Positions 1 through 8,279 are shown, numbered from the stretch's first letter. The stretch: DNA of 15,643 nucleotides from Methylococcales bacterium (GCA_018671575.1 JABHHM010000276.1:1-15643); one strand, 5' to 3'. Notes: a model not told the origin generated them from the letters alone. Numbers and translations: made by a program.

Positions 1-186
1 GGACAAAAAGGCCAGTAAGATGGGTAGTTTATTTGTTGCGAGTTGCCTTAGAAACGGGCACTCTTTTCTGAGCTTTCATGATTGAATCTTATGTATCAGT
101 CATTGAGGGTGAAGTGAAGGTGGAATTAAGAACGGGAAATTATTTCGTGCTCATCCCTTAGTCATCATCAATATAGATTAGTCAAT

Positions 187-813
187 ATGAATGAATTCCT
201 AATTATAATCACCAGTTTTCCCGTCTTAATACCCTCAATACTGCTTGGTGTGGTTGTTGTGTTTTGGTTATTTGTCATTCTAGGTCTGTTAGATATTGAT
301 GTGTTTGACTTTGATATAGATTTAGACGCTGGGGTTACGGGGGTTGCAGGCTGGTTATTATCCAATGGTATCAGTGGAATTCCTGTGACACTGATTATTA
401 GTTTGATGATTTTATTCAGTTGGGTGATGAGCTATTTTTTATCTCAAATAGTTTTACCATTAATTCCATTTGAAGTGTTGAATGGTTTAATGGGATTGAT
501 TGTCATTATTTTAAGTTTTGTTATATCAGTTCCCATGACAGTGATTTGTACAAAACCATTAACGGGGTTATTTATAAAACACAATGCTCAGGAAAAATCA
601 GACTTAATAGGGAAAAAATGTGAAATCAGGAGTCTAACTGTCAGTGAAACTTTTGGGCAAGCGATTGTCATCGGCAATGGTGCTGGATTGATCTTGGATG
701 TTAAATCAAAAACACCAAATAATTTAAAAAAAGGTATGCAAGCCATTATTATCACCTATGATAAAAATAACAATACATTCGAAATTATATCTGAAGAAGA
801 ATTCATTAATTGA
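187..813 (+). CDS. NfeD-like (YqiJ/DUF1449-type) inner-membrane protein
   Basis: 208 aa. The N-terminal two-thirds is strongly hydrophobic (several predicted TM helices) with an acidic DIDVFDFDIDLD segment. The C-terminal ~70 aa (KKCEIRSLTVSETFGQAIVIGNGAGLILDV...IIITYDK) is a beta-rich OB-fold-like tail typical of short NfeD proteins. It sits 51 nt upstream of a flotillin/SPFH gene, the classic NfeD-SPFH pairing. No obvious SD, so the start is less certain. Confidence 0.7.
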   Translation: MNEFLIIITSFPVLIPSILLGVVVVFWLFVILGLLDIDVFDFDIDLDAGVTGVAGWLLSNGISGIPVTLIISLMILFSWVMSYFLSQIVLPLIPFEVLNGLMGLIVIILSFVISVPMTVICTKPLTGLFIKHNAQEKSDLIGKKCEIRSLTVSETFGQAIVIGNGAGLILDVKSKTPNNLKKGMQAIIITYDKNNNTFEIISEEEFIN

Positions 814-852
814 TAGTGTCCAGCTATCTGATTATCTCTAGTTCATAAATTT

Positions 853-858
853 AAGGAG
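853..858 (+). promoter_or_regulatory. Shine-Dalgarno (aaggag) for the flotillin gene, 6 nt before the ATG
   Basis: aaggag at 853-858, ATG at 865. Confidence 0.6.
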
Positions 859-864
859 TTTATT

Positions 865-2991
865 ATGCAGGCTGATCTTCTTGCTCTGATTATCCCTGTC
901 GTAGCGATAGCACTTTTTGGTATCGGGTTTTTATTATTATTATTTAAACTGTATGTCAAAGTTGAACAGGGACGTGCAATGATTGTGAATACTCTGAGAA
1001 AAGAACCTGAAGTGACTTTTACAGGGCGGATGGTAATTCCAGTAATTCACAAGGCTGAAATGATGGATATCTCAGTCAAAACCATTGAAATTGACAGGAA
1101 TGGTCGTGATGGATTGATTTGTAGCGATAATATTCGTGCCGACATTAAAGTGGCTTTTTTTGTTAGAGTGAATAAAACACGAGATGATGTGATGGAAGTT
1201 GCACAAACAATTGGTTGTGTCAGGGCGTCAGATGATCAAACACTGGAAGAATTATTTGCAGCTAAATTTTCAGAAGCTTTAAAAACGGTCGGTAAGCAAA
1301 TGGAGTTTGAGGACCTGTATCGTAAAAGAGATATTTTTAGAGATAATATTATTGCGTTAATTGGTAAAAACCTGAATGGTTATGTTTTAGAAGATGCGGC
1401 TATTGATTATTTGGAGCAAACGCCTATTAACCTATTAGATCCTAATAATATTTTGGATGCTCAAGGTATTCGTAAAATTACACGTTTAACGGCTGATCAA
1501 AATGTCGAAACCAATGGTTTGAAACGTGATGAAGAAATGAAGATAAAAAAACAAGACGTTGAAGCCAATGAAAAGTTATTGGAGTTAGAGCGACAAAAAG
1601 CAGATGCGGAAGCCAAACAATTAAGAGAGATTGAAACAGTTCAAGCAAGAGAGTTAGCGGAAACTGAAAAAATAGCCTCTGAAGAACGATTGAAATCAGA
1701 ACAAGCAAGAATTGAAACAGATGAATTACTGGCTGTTAGAGAAGAAAATAAATTGCGAGAAGTTGAAGTTGCTGCAAAAAATCGTGAGCGAGCAGTGGCA
1801 ATTGAAACAGAAAAAGTAGAAAGGGTTCGACAGTTAGAAGTTATTGCACGAGAAAAGGAAGTTGATTTACAGCGCATTGCTAAAGAAAAGGCATTGGAAG
1901 AGGAGAAAAAAGCCATTGCCGATGTGATACGAACCAGAATTGTGGTTGATAAGAGTGTTGCGGAGGAAGAGGAAAATATTAAAGAATTAAGAATCATATC
2001 GGAAGCTGATCGCAAAAAGCAAGTACGCATTATTGAAGCAGAAGCACAAGCGCAAGAAATTTTAGTGAAAGAAATTAAAGTGGCCGAAGCTCTTGAAATT
2101 ACCTCAAAACATAAAGCTCAAGAAAAATTGACCATGGCACAAGCTGATCTTGATGCGGCAGAAAAAAGTGCCGAATCTTCAAAGTTATTGGCTGAAGGTA
2201 TGCAAGCAGAAGAAGCTGCTTCAGGTCTGGCTAGAGTTAGAGTAAAAGAAGCAGAAGCGATTGCTCTTGAGAAGTATGGGATTTCAGAAGCTAAAGTTTT
2301 ACAGGAAAAAATGCAAGCCACTGCTAATGGTGAAGAACAGCAGGGTATGGCAAAAGTTCGTATTAAGGATGCAGATGCATCAAGTGAAGAAAAACAGGCG
2401 TTGGTTGATGTGAAAGTGAAAATTGCAGATGCGGAAGCCATTGAAAAACAAGCGTTGGCAGAATCGGTTGCGATCAGAGAAAAATTCAAAGCAGAAGCGG
2501 ATGGTTTACAGGAAAAGTTTGCCGCCATGTCTCAAATGGATGAAAAATCACGTTCTCACGAAGAGTTTAGGATGCGTTTGGAAAATCAGCTTAAAGTTGA
2601 GTTAGAGTCGTTGAGCACTCAACAATCCATTGCTTCATCGCATGCAAACGTTTTATCTAAAGCATTGGCTGATGCCAATATTGATATCGTGGGTGGAGAT
2701 GGTGCTTTTCTGGATAAGTTTTTTAATGCCATTAGCTCTGGGAAATCAATTGACGGTTTTGTTAATAAAAGCCAGGTGGCAACAAAAGTATTCGGAGATT
2801 ATATTGAGGGTGATGCCAATTTGATTTCAGACATGAAAGATATTTTGTCTGGGGCAACAGATAATTCAGAGAATATTAAAAATTTAACGTTAACAGCATT
2901 TTTAGGTAAATTAATTGCAAATAATGAAGGTGAAAATAAAGATAAATTAAAATCTTTGGAAAAGACGGCTAAAAAGCTGGGTATCGAATAA
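865..2991 (+). CDS. Flotillin-like SPFH/band-7 protein (YqiK-like) with a long coiled-coil region
   Basis: 708 aa. N-terminal TM segment, then an SPFH domain that aligns by eye with E. coli YqiK (..RV.K....VMEVAQTIG...EELFAAKF.EAL..V...MEFEDL...R..F...I....LNGY.LED.AIDYLEQTP). It is followed by ~350 aa of E/A/K/Q-rich heptad-like coiled coil and a flotillin-type C-terminal domain. Good SD aaggag at 853-858. Confidence 0.88.
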   Translation: MQADLLALIIPVVAIALFGIGFLLLLFKLYVKVEQGRAMIVNTLRKEPEVTFTGRMVIPVIHKAEMMDISVKTIEIDRNGRDGLICSDNIRADIKVAFFVRVNKTRDDVMEVAQTIGCVRASDDQTLEELFAAKFSEALKTVGKQMEFEDLYRKRDIFRDNIIALIGKNLNGYVLEDAAIDYLEQTPINLLDPNNILDAQGIRKITRLTADQNVETNGLKRDEEMKIKKQDVEANEKLLELERQKADAEAKQLREIETVQARELAETEKIASEERLKSEQARIETDELLAVREENKLREVEVAAKNRERAVAIETEKVERVRQLEVIAREKEVDLQRIAKEKALEEEKKAIADVIRTRIVVDKSVAEEEENIKELRIISEADRKKQVRIIEAEAQAQEILVKEIKVAEALEITSKHKAQEKLTMAQADLDAAEKSAESSKLLAEGMQAEEAASGLARVRVKEAEAIALEKYGISEAKVLQEKMQATANGEEQQGMAKVRIKDADASSEEKQALVDVKVKIADAEAIEKQALAESVAIREKFKAEADGLQEKFAAMSQMDEKSRSHEEFRMRLENQLKVELESLSTQQSIASSHANVLSKALADANIDIVGGDGAFLDKFFNAISSGKSIDGFVNKSQVATKVFGDYIEGDANLISDMKDILSGATDNSENIKNLTLTAFLGKLIANNEGENKDKLKSLEKTAKKLGIE

Positions 2992-3076
2992 GGGGATGCG
3001 CAATAAATAAACATCCAACTTGCTTGTACCCAAAGGGCATAGCAATTTTTTTGTCCGCTTTTTTGTTACAAAAATA

Positions 3077-3100
3077 GTTGTGTAGTTCGAACTATGCAAC
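3077..3100. terminator. 24-nt palindrome gttgTGtagttcgaactaTGcaac between convergent genes; candidate bidirectional intrinsic terminator or dimeric protein site
   Basis: The central 12 nt tagttcgaacta is a perfect palindrome. The outer gttg/caac arms pair. The two TG/TG positions form G.U wobbles in RNA, giving a ~10-bp stem. On the minus strand (lpxH transcript) the hairpin is followed by UAUUUUUGU. On the plus strand it is followed by UGUUUGAGU. Confidence 0.4.
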
Positions 3101-3171
3101 TGTTTGAGTAACGAAGCCTGTGGGCAAAAGATCGAGTAAATATAAAGGTTAATTTTGAATCGTCCCTAAGT

Positions 3172-3894
3172 CTAAATCCCTATATTCTTAACACTGATGC
3201 CATCTTTATTCCATACCAAATAAGATGGCTGAGTTTCCCAGTCAGATAATACGATACGTTCACAAGCTTTATTATTAACTTGAATTTCATGTCTATCTGG
3301 GCGGTGAGTATGCCCATGAATAAGCGTGCTTGAATTGTGTTTTGTTAATGTTTCAGCAACTGCTTGAGGATTAACATCCATGATATTATAGGATTTATTG
3401 CTGTTATTCTGTGTGCTTTGCATACGATAAGCTTTGGCAATTTGTCGTCTTTCCAGTAATGATTTTGAAAGCATTTCTTGTTGCCAGGGCTGGCTTCTGA
3501 AAAGCTGTCTCATTTTTTGATAGTCAATGTCATCGGTGCATAATAAGTCACCATGAGTAATGACGGCACTGCTATTAAAGTATTCAATTAATTGGGTGTC
3601 TTCAAGAATAGTAATCCCTGTTTTTTCAGAAAATTGCTGACCAATTAAAAAGTCACGATTTCCGTGGATAAAATAAATGGGAGTTATTGCCGACAATTTT
3701 TTCAAGTCTTGCTGGCATTTTCCATAAAAATCATCATCATCGTCATCACCAACCCATGCTTCAAATAAGTCACCTAAAATATACAATGTATTGGCTGATG
3801 ATGCGATATTTTCCAAAAAATATTTAAAATGGTCATAAATATCAGGTTCTGATTCATCTAAATGAAGATCAGAAATAAATAAAATATCGCTCAT
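3172..3894 (-). CDS. lpxH: UDP-2,3-diacylglucosamine diphosphatase LpxH (lipid A biosynthesis)
   Basis: 240 aa. Calcineurin-like metallophosphatase motifs in LpxH order: ISDLHL, LYILGDLFEAWVGDDD, FIHGNRDFL, THGDLLCTDD, LIHGHTHRP. Near collinear with E. coli LpxH as recalled. ppiB-lpxH adjacency matches the E. coli arrangement as recalled. Confidence 0.93.
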   Translation of the reverse strand: MSDILFISDLHLDESEPDIYDHFKYFLENIASSANTLYILGDLFEAWVGDDDDDDFYGKCQQDLKKLSAITPIYFIHGNRDFLIGQQFSEKTGITILEDTQLIEYFNSSAVITHGDLLCTDDIDYQKMRQLFRSQPWQQEMLSKSLLERRQIAKAYRMQSTQNNSNKSYNIMDVNPQAVAETLTKHNSSTLIHGHTHRPDRHEIQVNNKACERIVLSDWETQPSYLVWNKDGISVKNIGI

Positions 3895-3905
3895 CTTTGT
3901 GCCTT

Positions 3906-4403
3906 TTAGTCTGCTACATTTTCAATGCTGGTAATCACAACATCTTCAACAGGAACATCTTGATGGCCTGCTTGCATACCTGTAGCAACGTTTTTAATTT
4001 TATCAACAACATCCATGCCTTCGGTGACTTCACCAAATACACAATATCCCCAACCATCAGATGACTTTGCTTTGAAATCAAGAAAACCATTGTTAGAAAC
4101 ATTGATGAAAAACTGAGAAGAGGCTGAATGTGGATCATTAGTTCGAGCCATCGCAATACTGCCTTTGGTGTTCTTTAATCCATTGTCAGCTTCATTTTCA
4201 ATGGTTGGGTTGGTTGATTTCTGGTTCATGCCAGATTCCATGCCTCCACCTTGAATCATAAAACCATTGATGACTCGGTGAAAAATAGTATTGTCATAAA
4301 AACCACTATTGATATAAGTTAAAAAGTTTTCGACTGTTTTAGGTGCTTTTTCTGCATTTAAAGAAAGCGAAATATCGCCCATTGAAGTGTGTATTATGAT
4401 CAT
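3906..4403 (-). CDS. ppiB: Cytoplasmic cyclophilin-type peptidyl-prolyl cis-trans isomerase B
   Basis: 165 aa with no signal peptide. Motifs [53 protein letters not shown] match E. coli PpiB closely as recalled. Confidence 0.92.
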   Translation of the reverse strand: MIIIHTSMGDISLSLNAEKAPKTVENFLTYINSGFYDNTIFHRVINGFMIQGGGMESGMNQKSTNPTIENEADNGLKNTKGSIAMARTNDPHSASSQFFINVSNNGFLDFKAKSSDGWGYCVFGEVTEGMDVVDKIKNVATGMQAGHQDVPVEDVVITSIENVAD

Positions 4404-4415
4404 AAATGGTTCCGT

Positions 4416-4997
4416 TTATTGATTGATTAAAGTAATTGATTGAATAATGACTTGTTTTCTGGGAGCGTCTTTCATGAAAGGTCCTCCCGATCCTGTTCTT
4501 TGTTTGCCAATGTCTTCAACTGTTAACATTCCTTTAATGACACGACCAAAAACGGTGTAACCCCAGCCTCTTAAAGACATTGATTTATAATTTAGGAAAT
4601 CATTATTGGATAAATTGATGAAAAATTGGCTGGTTGCAGAATGAGGGTTTTGTGTTCTTGCCATTGCAATTGAGCCCTTGCTGTTGGTAAGACCATTATT
4701 CGATTCGATGGCAATGGCAGGATTGGTCGATTTTTTAGAATAATTTTTGGTGTATCCGCCACCCTGAATCATAAAGCCTGAGATGACACGATGAAAAATG
4801 GTTTTGTTATAATAGCTTTCATTAATATAACGAATAAAATTTTCAACTGTCTTTGGCGCTTTGTTGGGATAAAGCTCGATGGTGATATCACCTCTATTGG
4901 TTTTGATTAGTGCCTGAGGATTGTCATTTGCTAATAATGAGGTGTTAAATACTGCCAGTACGCTGAATAGTAGAAATCTACAAATATTTTTAGACAT
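4416..4997 (-). CDS. ppiA: Periplasmic cyclophilin-type peptidyl-prolyl cis-trans isomerase A (Sec signal peptide)
   Basis: 193 aa. N-terminal signal peptide MSKNICRFLLFSVLAVFNTSLLA, then a cyclophilin core ([36 protein letters not shown]). Tandem with ppiB. Confidence 0.85.
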   Translation of the reverse strand: MSKNICRFLLFSVLAVFNTSLLANDNPQALIKTNRGDITIELYPNKAPKTVENFIRYINESYYNKTIFHRVISGFMIQGGGYTKNYSKKSTNPAIAIESNNGLTNSKGSIAMARTQNPHSATSQFFINLSNNDFLNYKSMSLRGWGYTVFGRVIKGMLTVEDIGKQRTGSGGPFMKDAPRKQVIIQSITLINQ

Positions 4998-5088
4998 AAA
5001 TTACACTCGTGAAATTAAATATGGAAAATTAAAAATTGCATTATACATAGTTGCTTAAAAGATTCAAAATTTACGGTAACTATTCAGG

Positions 5089-6756
5089 TCACCCCTTTGT
5101 TGCTATTTTAGCCCAAGTATCTCTTAACGTTACAATGCGATTAAAAATAGGTATGTCAGTTTTATTGGCGGACGAATCCAGACAAAAATAACCTTCTCTT
5201 TCAAATTGATAGGCTTGTGATGGTTGGGCGTTGTTTAGGCTGTTTTCAATACGGCATTTTTTTAATGTTTTTAAGGAATTTGGATTAATGGTCGATTCAA
5301 AATCTTCCTCTGAGGCAGGGTTGGCGACATTAAATAGACGATCATAAAGCCTAATTTCAGACTCAATGGATTGTTCAGCGCTAACCCAGTGGATAACGCC
5401 TTTAACTTTTCTATCTTCTGGATTTTTACCCAAGGTTTGGGCATCATAACTGCAAATTAATTCAAGGATATTATCATTTTCATCTTTGATAACTTCCTCA
5501 CATTTAATGACGTAGGCATATCTCAAACGAACTTCTTTGCCTAATACCAACCGTTTGTATTTTTTATTGGCCTGTTCTCTAAAATCATCTCTGTCAATAA
5601 AAAGGGTCTTTGAAAAGGGGACTTTACGTGAATCCATTTCTTCCTTTTGTGGATGATTTGGAGCATTCAGTGACTCAGTTTGATCATCGGGATAATTTTT
5701 CAAAGTAATTTTTAGTGGATTAAGAACAGCCAGTGCTCTAGGGGCTTTTTCGCCTAAATCTTCTCGAATACAATTTTCTAATACCCCCATTTCAATGGTG
5801 TTTTCAACTTTAGTTACACCTATTCGGTCACAAAAGTCTTTAATGGCGTTAGCGGTATAACCTCGTCTTCTAAGTCCAGAAATGGTGGGCATTCGTGGGT
5901 CATCCCAGCTTTCGACATGATGATTGGTCACCAGTAGGTTTAATTTTCGTTTACTGGTGATGGTGTATTCAAGATTTAGTCGGGAAAATTCAATTTGTTG
6001 AGGATGAGCAGGGGTTTTAAGTTGGTCTAAAAACCAGTCGTAAAGTGGACGATGGTCTTCAAATTCTAAAGTACAAAGAGAGTGTGTGATACCTTCAATC
6101 GCATCAGAGAGTCCGTGAGCGAAATCGTACATGGGATAAATACACCAAGTTTTTCCAGTTTGGTGATGATCTGCTCGTCGAATTCGGTAAATAATGGGGT
6201 CGCGTAAGTTGATGTTAGGTGATGCCATGTCAATTTTAGCACGCAATACCTGTGTGCCATCATCAAATTTACCCGCTTTCATTTGACTAAAAAGATCCAA
6301 GTTTTCTTCAATACTGCGGCTACGATAGGGGCTGTTTTTACCTGCAGAGGTTAGTGACCCTCTATGCTCTCTGGCTTCTTCCGCTGTTAAGCTACAAACA
6401 TAGGCCTTATCCAGTTTAATTAATTGGACTGCAAAGTCATACAATTGGTCAAAATAACTCGAAGCGTAAAATAGGTTTGACCATTGAAAACCCAGCCATT
6501 CTACGTCTTTTTTAATGGCGCTGATATATTCTGGGTTTTCTTTGTCAGGGTTGGTGTCATCAAATCGTAAGTTGCATTGGCCGTTAAAATCATTGGCAAC
6601 ACCAAAATTCAGACAAATGGATTTGGCATGACCAATGTGTAGATATCCATTGGGTTCAGGGGGAAAGCGAGTGGTAATACTTGAAACTTTTTTATTGCTA
6701 AGGTCATTAGTGATTGTTTGACGGATGAAATCTTGTGGTTTGGAGGGGGTTGGCAT
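5089..6756 (-). CDS. glnS: Glutaminyl-tRNA synthetase
   Basis: 555 aa. Class I signature [16 protein letters not shown] (HIGH) and the SKRK motif ([11 protein letters not shown]). Long collinear identity to E. coli GlnRS as recalled ([36 protein letters not shown]). Confidence 0.96.
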   Translation of the reverse strand: MPTPSKPQDFIRQTITNDLSNKKVSSITTRFPPEPNGYLHIGHAKSICLNFGVANDFNGQCNLRFDDTNPDKENPEYISAIKKDVEWLGFQWSNLFYASSYFDQLYDFAVQLIKLDKAYVCSLTAEEAREHRGSLTSAGKNSPYRSRSIEENLDLFSQMKAGKFDDGTQVLRAKIDMASPNINLRDPIIYRIRRADHHQTGKTWCIYPMYDFAHGLSDAIEGITHSLCTLEFEDHRPLYDWFLDQLKTPAHPQQIEFSRLNLEYTITSKRKLNLLVTNHHVESWDDPRMPTISGLRRRGYTANAIKDFCDRIGVTKVENTIEMGVLENCIREDLGEKAPRALAVLNPLKITLKNYPDDQTESLNAPNHPQKEEMDSRKVPFSKTLFIDRDDFREQANKKYKRLVLGKEVRLRYAYVIKCEEVIKDENDNILELICSYDAQTLGKNPEDRKVKGVIHWVSAEQSIESEIRLYDRLFNVANPASEEDFESTINPNSLKTLKKCRIENSLNNAQPSQAYQFEREGYFCLDSSANKTDIPIFNRIVTLRDTWAKIATKG

Positions 6757-6871
6757 TAAAAGTTCCTTAAATGTCCTGAATTATTTTTTAGTATTCTAGC
6801 ATTATACTGAAACTGTTTGAATTTGTGTGATTTTTAATGCAATATATTATGTACTTAGCTGATTTTTCAAG

Positions 6872-6905
6872 GATTAATACTTAATGGAGATTAATACTTA
6901 ATGGA
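6872..6905 (+). repeat. Perfect 17-bp tandem direct duplication (gattaatacttaatgga x2) spanning the tetR start codon
   Basis: Copy 1 is 6872-6888 and copy 2 is 6889-6905, identical. Each copy contains the 13-nt palindrome attaatacttaat and an ATG. The upstream ATG (6884) opens the 5-codon uORF MEINT*, whose TAA (6899-6901) overlaps the tetR ATG (6901) as TAATG. Confidence 0.8.
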
Positions 6906-7497
6906 AAGAAATCCCGACCAAACACGATCTAAAATATTGCAGGCCGCCGCAGATGAAATGCACATTAAAGGGTTTCAAGGTTTTCGTCTGGATGCCGTGA
7001 TTGCGCAAACAGGGGTGACCAAAGGTGCATTATATCATCACTTTTCTAATAAACTGGCTTTGGGTTATGCTGTTGTTGATGAAGTCGTTTTTGAAATAGT
7101 GACAGAAAATTTTCTTCATCCATTAGAGTTGTGTGACCATCCCATTAATTGTTTAAAAAGTATTATAGAAGATTTGCTACAATCATTTGTTAACCAAAAA
7201 ATGGATTTGGGTTGTCCTCTCAATAACTTGTCTCAAGAAATGTCACCAATTGATGAAGGTTTTCGGGTGCGAATCAATCATATCTACAAAATTTGGGCTG
7301 AATCCATACAAGATGCCTTGAAGGCTGGGCAGAAAAGTGGATTGGTTCGTCAGCAACTGGATTTGTTTTCTGTTTCAACTTTTATTGTTGCAAGTCTCAG
7401 TGGCTGTGTCGGGTTGGCTAAAAATGCCAGAGATGTCGGTGTGCTTGAATGTACGTTAAACGAATTAATTAATTATATTGAGACTTTGAGAAATTAA
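6901..7497 (+). CDS. TetR/AcrR-family transcriptional regulator
   Basis: 198 aa. N-terminal TetR HTH (RSKILQAAADEMHIKGFQGFRLDAVIAQTGVTKGALYHHFSNKLAL) followed by an all-helical ligand-binding domain. Divergent from glnS. Confidence 0.85.
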   Translation: MERNPDQTRSKILQAAADEMHIKGFQGFRLDAVIAQTGVTKGALYHHFSNKLALGYAVVDEVVFEIVTENFLHPLELCDHPINCLKSIIEDLLQSFVNQKMDLGCPLNNLSQEMSPIDEGFRVRINHIYKIWAESIQDALKAGQKSGLVRQQLDLFSVSTFIVASLSGCVGLAKNARDVGVLECTLNELINYIETLRN

Positions 7498-7527
7498 TTG
7501 GTCTTAGGGACGATTACAAATTGTAAA

Positions 7528-7580
7528 GGTTATTTCGTGCCCGTTCCTTGTATGAGCATGAAATAATGTCCCGTTCTTGC
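7528..7580. repeat. Composite short intergenic repeat with hairpin just 3' of tetR; 7550-7580 is an inverted copy of window 128-157
   Basis: Arms ttatttcgtgc (7530-7540) and gcatgaaataa (7556-7566) form an 11-bp stem with one G.U, then the U-rich tail tgtcccgttcttgcttctatcttc, so it may double as the tetR terminator. The reverse complement of 7550-7580 is caagaacgggacattatttcatgctcatac, versus 128-157 aagaacgggaaattatttcgtgctcatccc (2 mismatches over about 26 nt). The reverse complement of 7536-7548 (ggaacgggcacga) matches 51-61 gaaacgggcac. Confidence 0.55.
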
Positions 7581-7619
7581 TTCTATCTTCATACACTTCT
7601 GGGTAAAAAGGCGAATACT

Positions 7620-7658
7620 CGAAGTATTTGATAATTTTTCCGTCAGGGCATCCTGTTC
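7620..7658. repeat. Intergenic repeat module, core ccgtcagggcatcNtgttc; second copy at 15546-15578, partial copy at 10425-10447
   Basis: 7620-7658 is cgaagtatttgataatttttccgtcagggcatcctgttc. 15546-15578 is cgcagaatatttgcccgtcagggcatcatgttc. They share cgNag.tatttg + ccgtcagggcatc[c/a]tgttc with an indel of about 8 nt. 10425-10447 ggcatcatgttcttgtgagttttttt resembles 15567-15601. Confidence 0.6.
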
Positions 7659-7676
7659 ATAACTATAATATTAGTT

Positions 7677-8279
7677 ATGCTTATCAAATATCACTATCTC
7701 CAATTTTTCTTATTTTTCTTGTTGCAAATGTCGGTGCTTTCTTATCCCGTTTATGCTGACTTGTATGTCTATCGTGATCAATACGGTAAATTACACATGA
7801 CAGATAAGGTTAAGAAAGGTAAATTTACTTTATTAAAAAAAACTCGAACCTACTCTCCACGATCAACCGTATATCGTCGAAATAAAAGAAAATTCAGCTA
7901 CACCATTAAACGAATTGCTAAAAAATATAAAGTAGAGTCTGCATTGATTCACGCTATTATTCATGCTGAGTCAGGTTATAATCCAAAGGCAAAATCCAAT
8001 AAAGGAGCGGTTGGTTTAATGCAATTAATGCCTGCAACTGCTAAGCGATATGGGATTAATAACCGATGGGATCCTGAATCAAATATTCGAGGTGGTACAA
8101 AATATATCAAATATCTGATTAAGTTATTTAACAACGATTTAAAATTGGTGGTTGCCGCTTATAATGCAGGAGAGAACGCTGTTAAAAGATATGGCAATAA
8201 AATTCCCCCTTATAATGAAACAGAAAAATATGTGGTCAAAGTGATGGAACATTATAATAAAGGAAAATATAATAATTGA
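7677..8279 (+). CDS. Lytic transglycosylase (N-terminal DUF4124-like module + family-1 SLT catalytic domain), Sec signal peptide
   Basis: 200 aa. Signal peptide ending VYA. DLYVYRDQYGKLHMTDK matches the DUF4124 Y-x-W/Y-x-D-x-x-G-x-x-H-x-S/TD pattern. SLT motifs AESGYNPKAKSNKGAVGLMQLMPATAKRYG and AAYNAGENAVKRYG. Confidence 0.8.
   Translation: MLIKYHYLQFFLFFLLQMSVLSYPVYADLYVYRDQYGKLHMTDKVKKGKFTLLKKTRTYSPRSTVYRRNKRKFSYTIKRIAKKYKVESALIHAIIHAESGYNPKAKSNKGAVGLMQLMPATAKRYGINNRWDPESNIRGGTKYIKYLIKLFNNDLKLVVAAYNAGENAVKRYGNKIPPYNETEKYVVKVMEHYNKGKYNN

Noticed and set aside
168-365. 65-aa minus-strand ORF overlapping the nfeD start
   Set aside because: Antisense to a supported gene. Thr/Asn/Ser-rich translation of AT-rich sequence.
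1478-2528. Three long minus-strand ORFs (1478-1708, 1641-2030, 2118-2528) inside the flotillin gene
   Set aside because: They are antisense shadows of the purine-rich (GAA/GCA/AAA) coiled-coil coding region. Their translations are Ser/Ala/Phe low-complexity, and they fully overlap a well-supported gene.
2423-3014. Small ORFs 2423-2605(+), 2630-2824(+), 2799-3014(-) at the flotillin 3' end
   Set aside because: Alternate-frame or antisense overlaps of the flotillin gene with no independent support.
2992-3060. Small hairpin ggatg-N13-catcc right after the flotillin stop and T-runs at 3044-3062
   Set aside because: 5-bp stem with a 13-nt loop and no adjacent U-tract in the right orientation. 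Too weak to call. The 3077-3100 palindrome is the better terminator candidate.
3935-4156. 73-aa ORF on the minus strand inside ppiB (alternate frame)
   Set aside because: Out-of-frame overlap within a strongly supported cyclophilin gene.
6066-6266. 66-aa alternate-frame ORF inside glnS
   Set aside because: Fully embedded in a highly conserved aminoacyl-tRNA synthetase gene.
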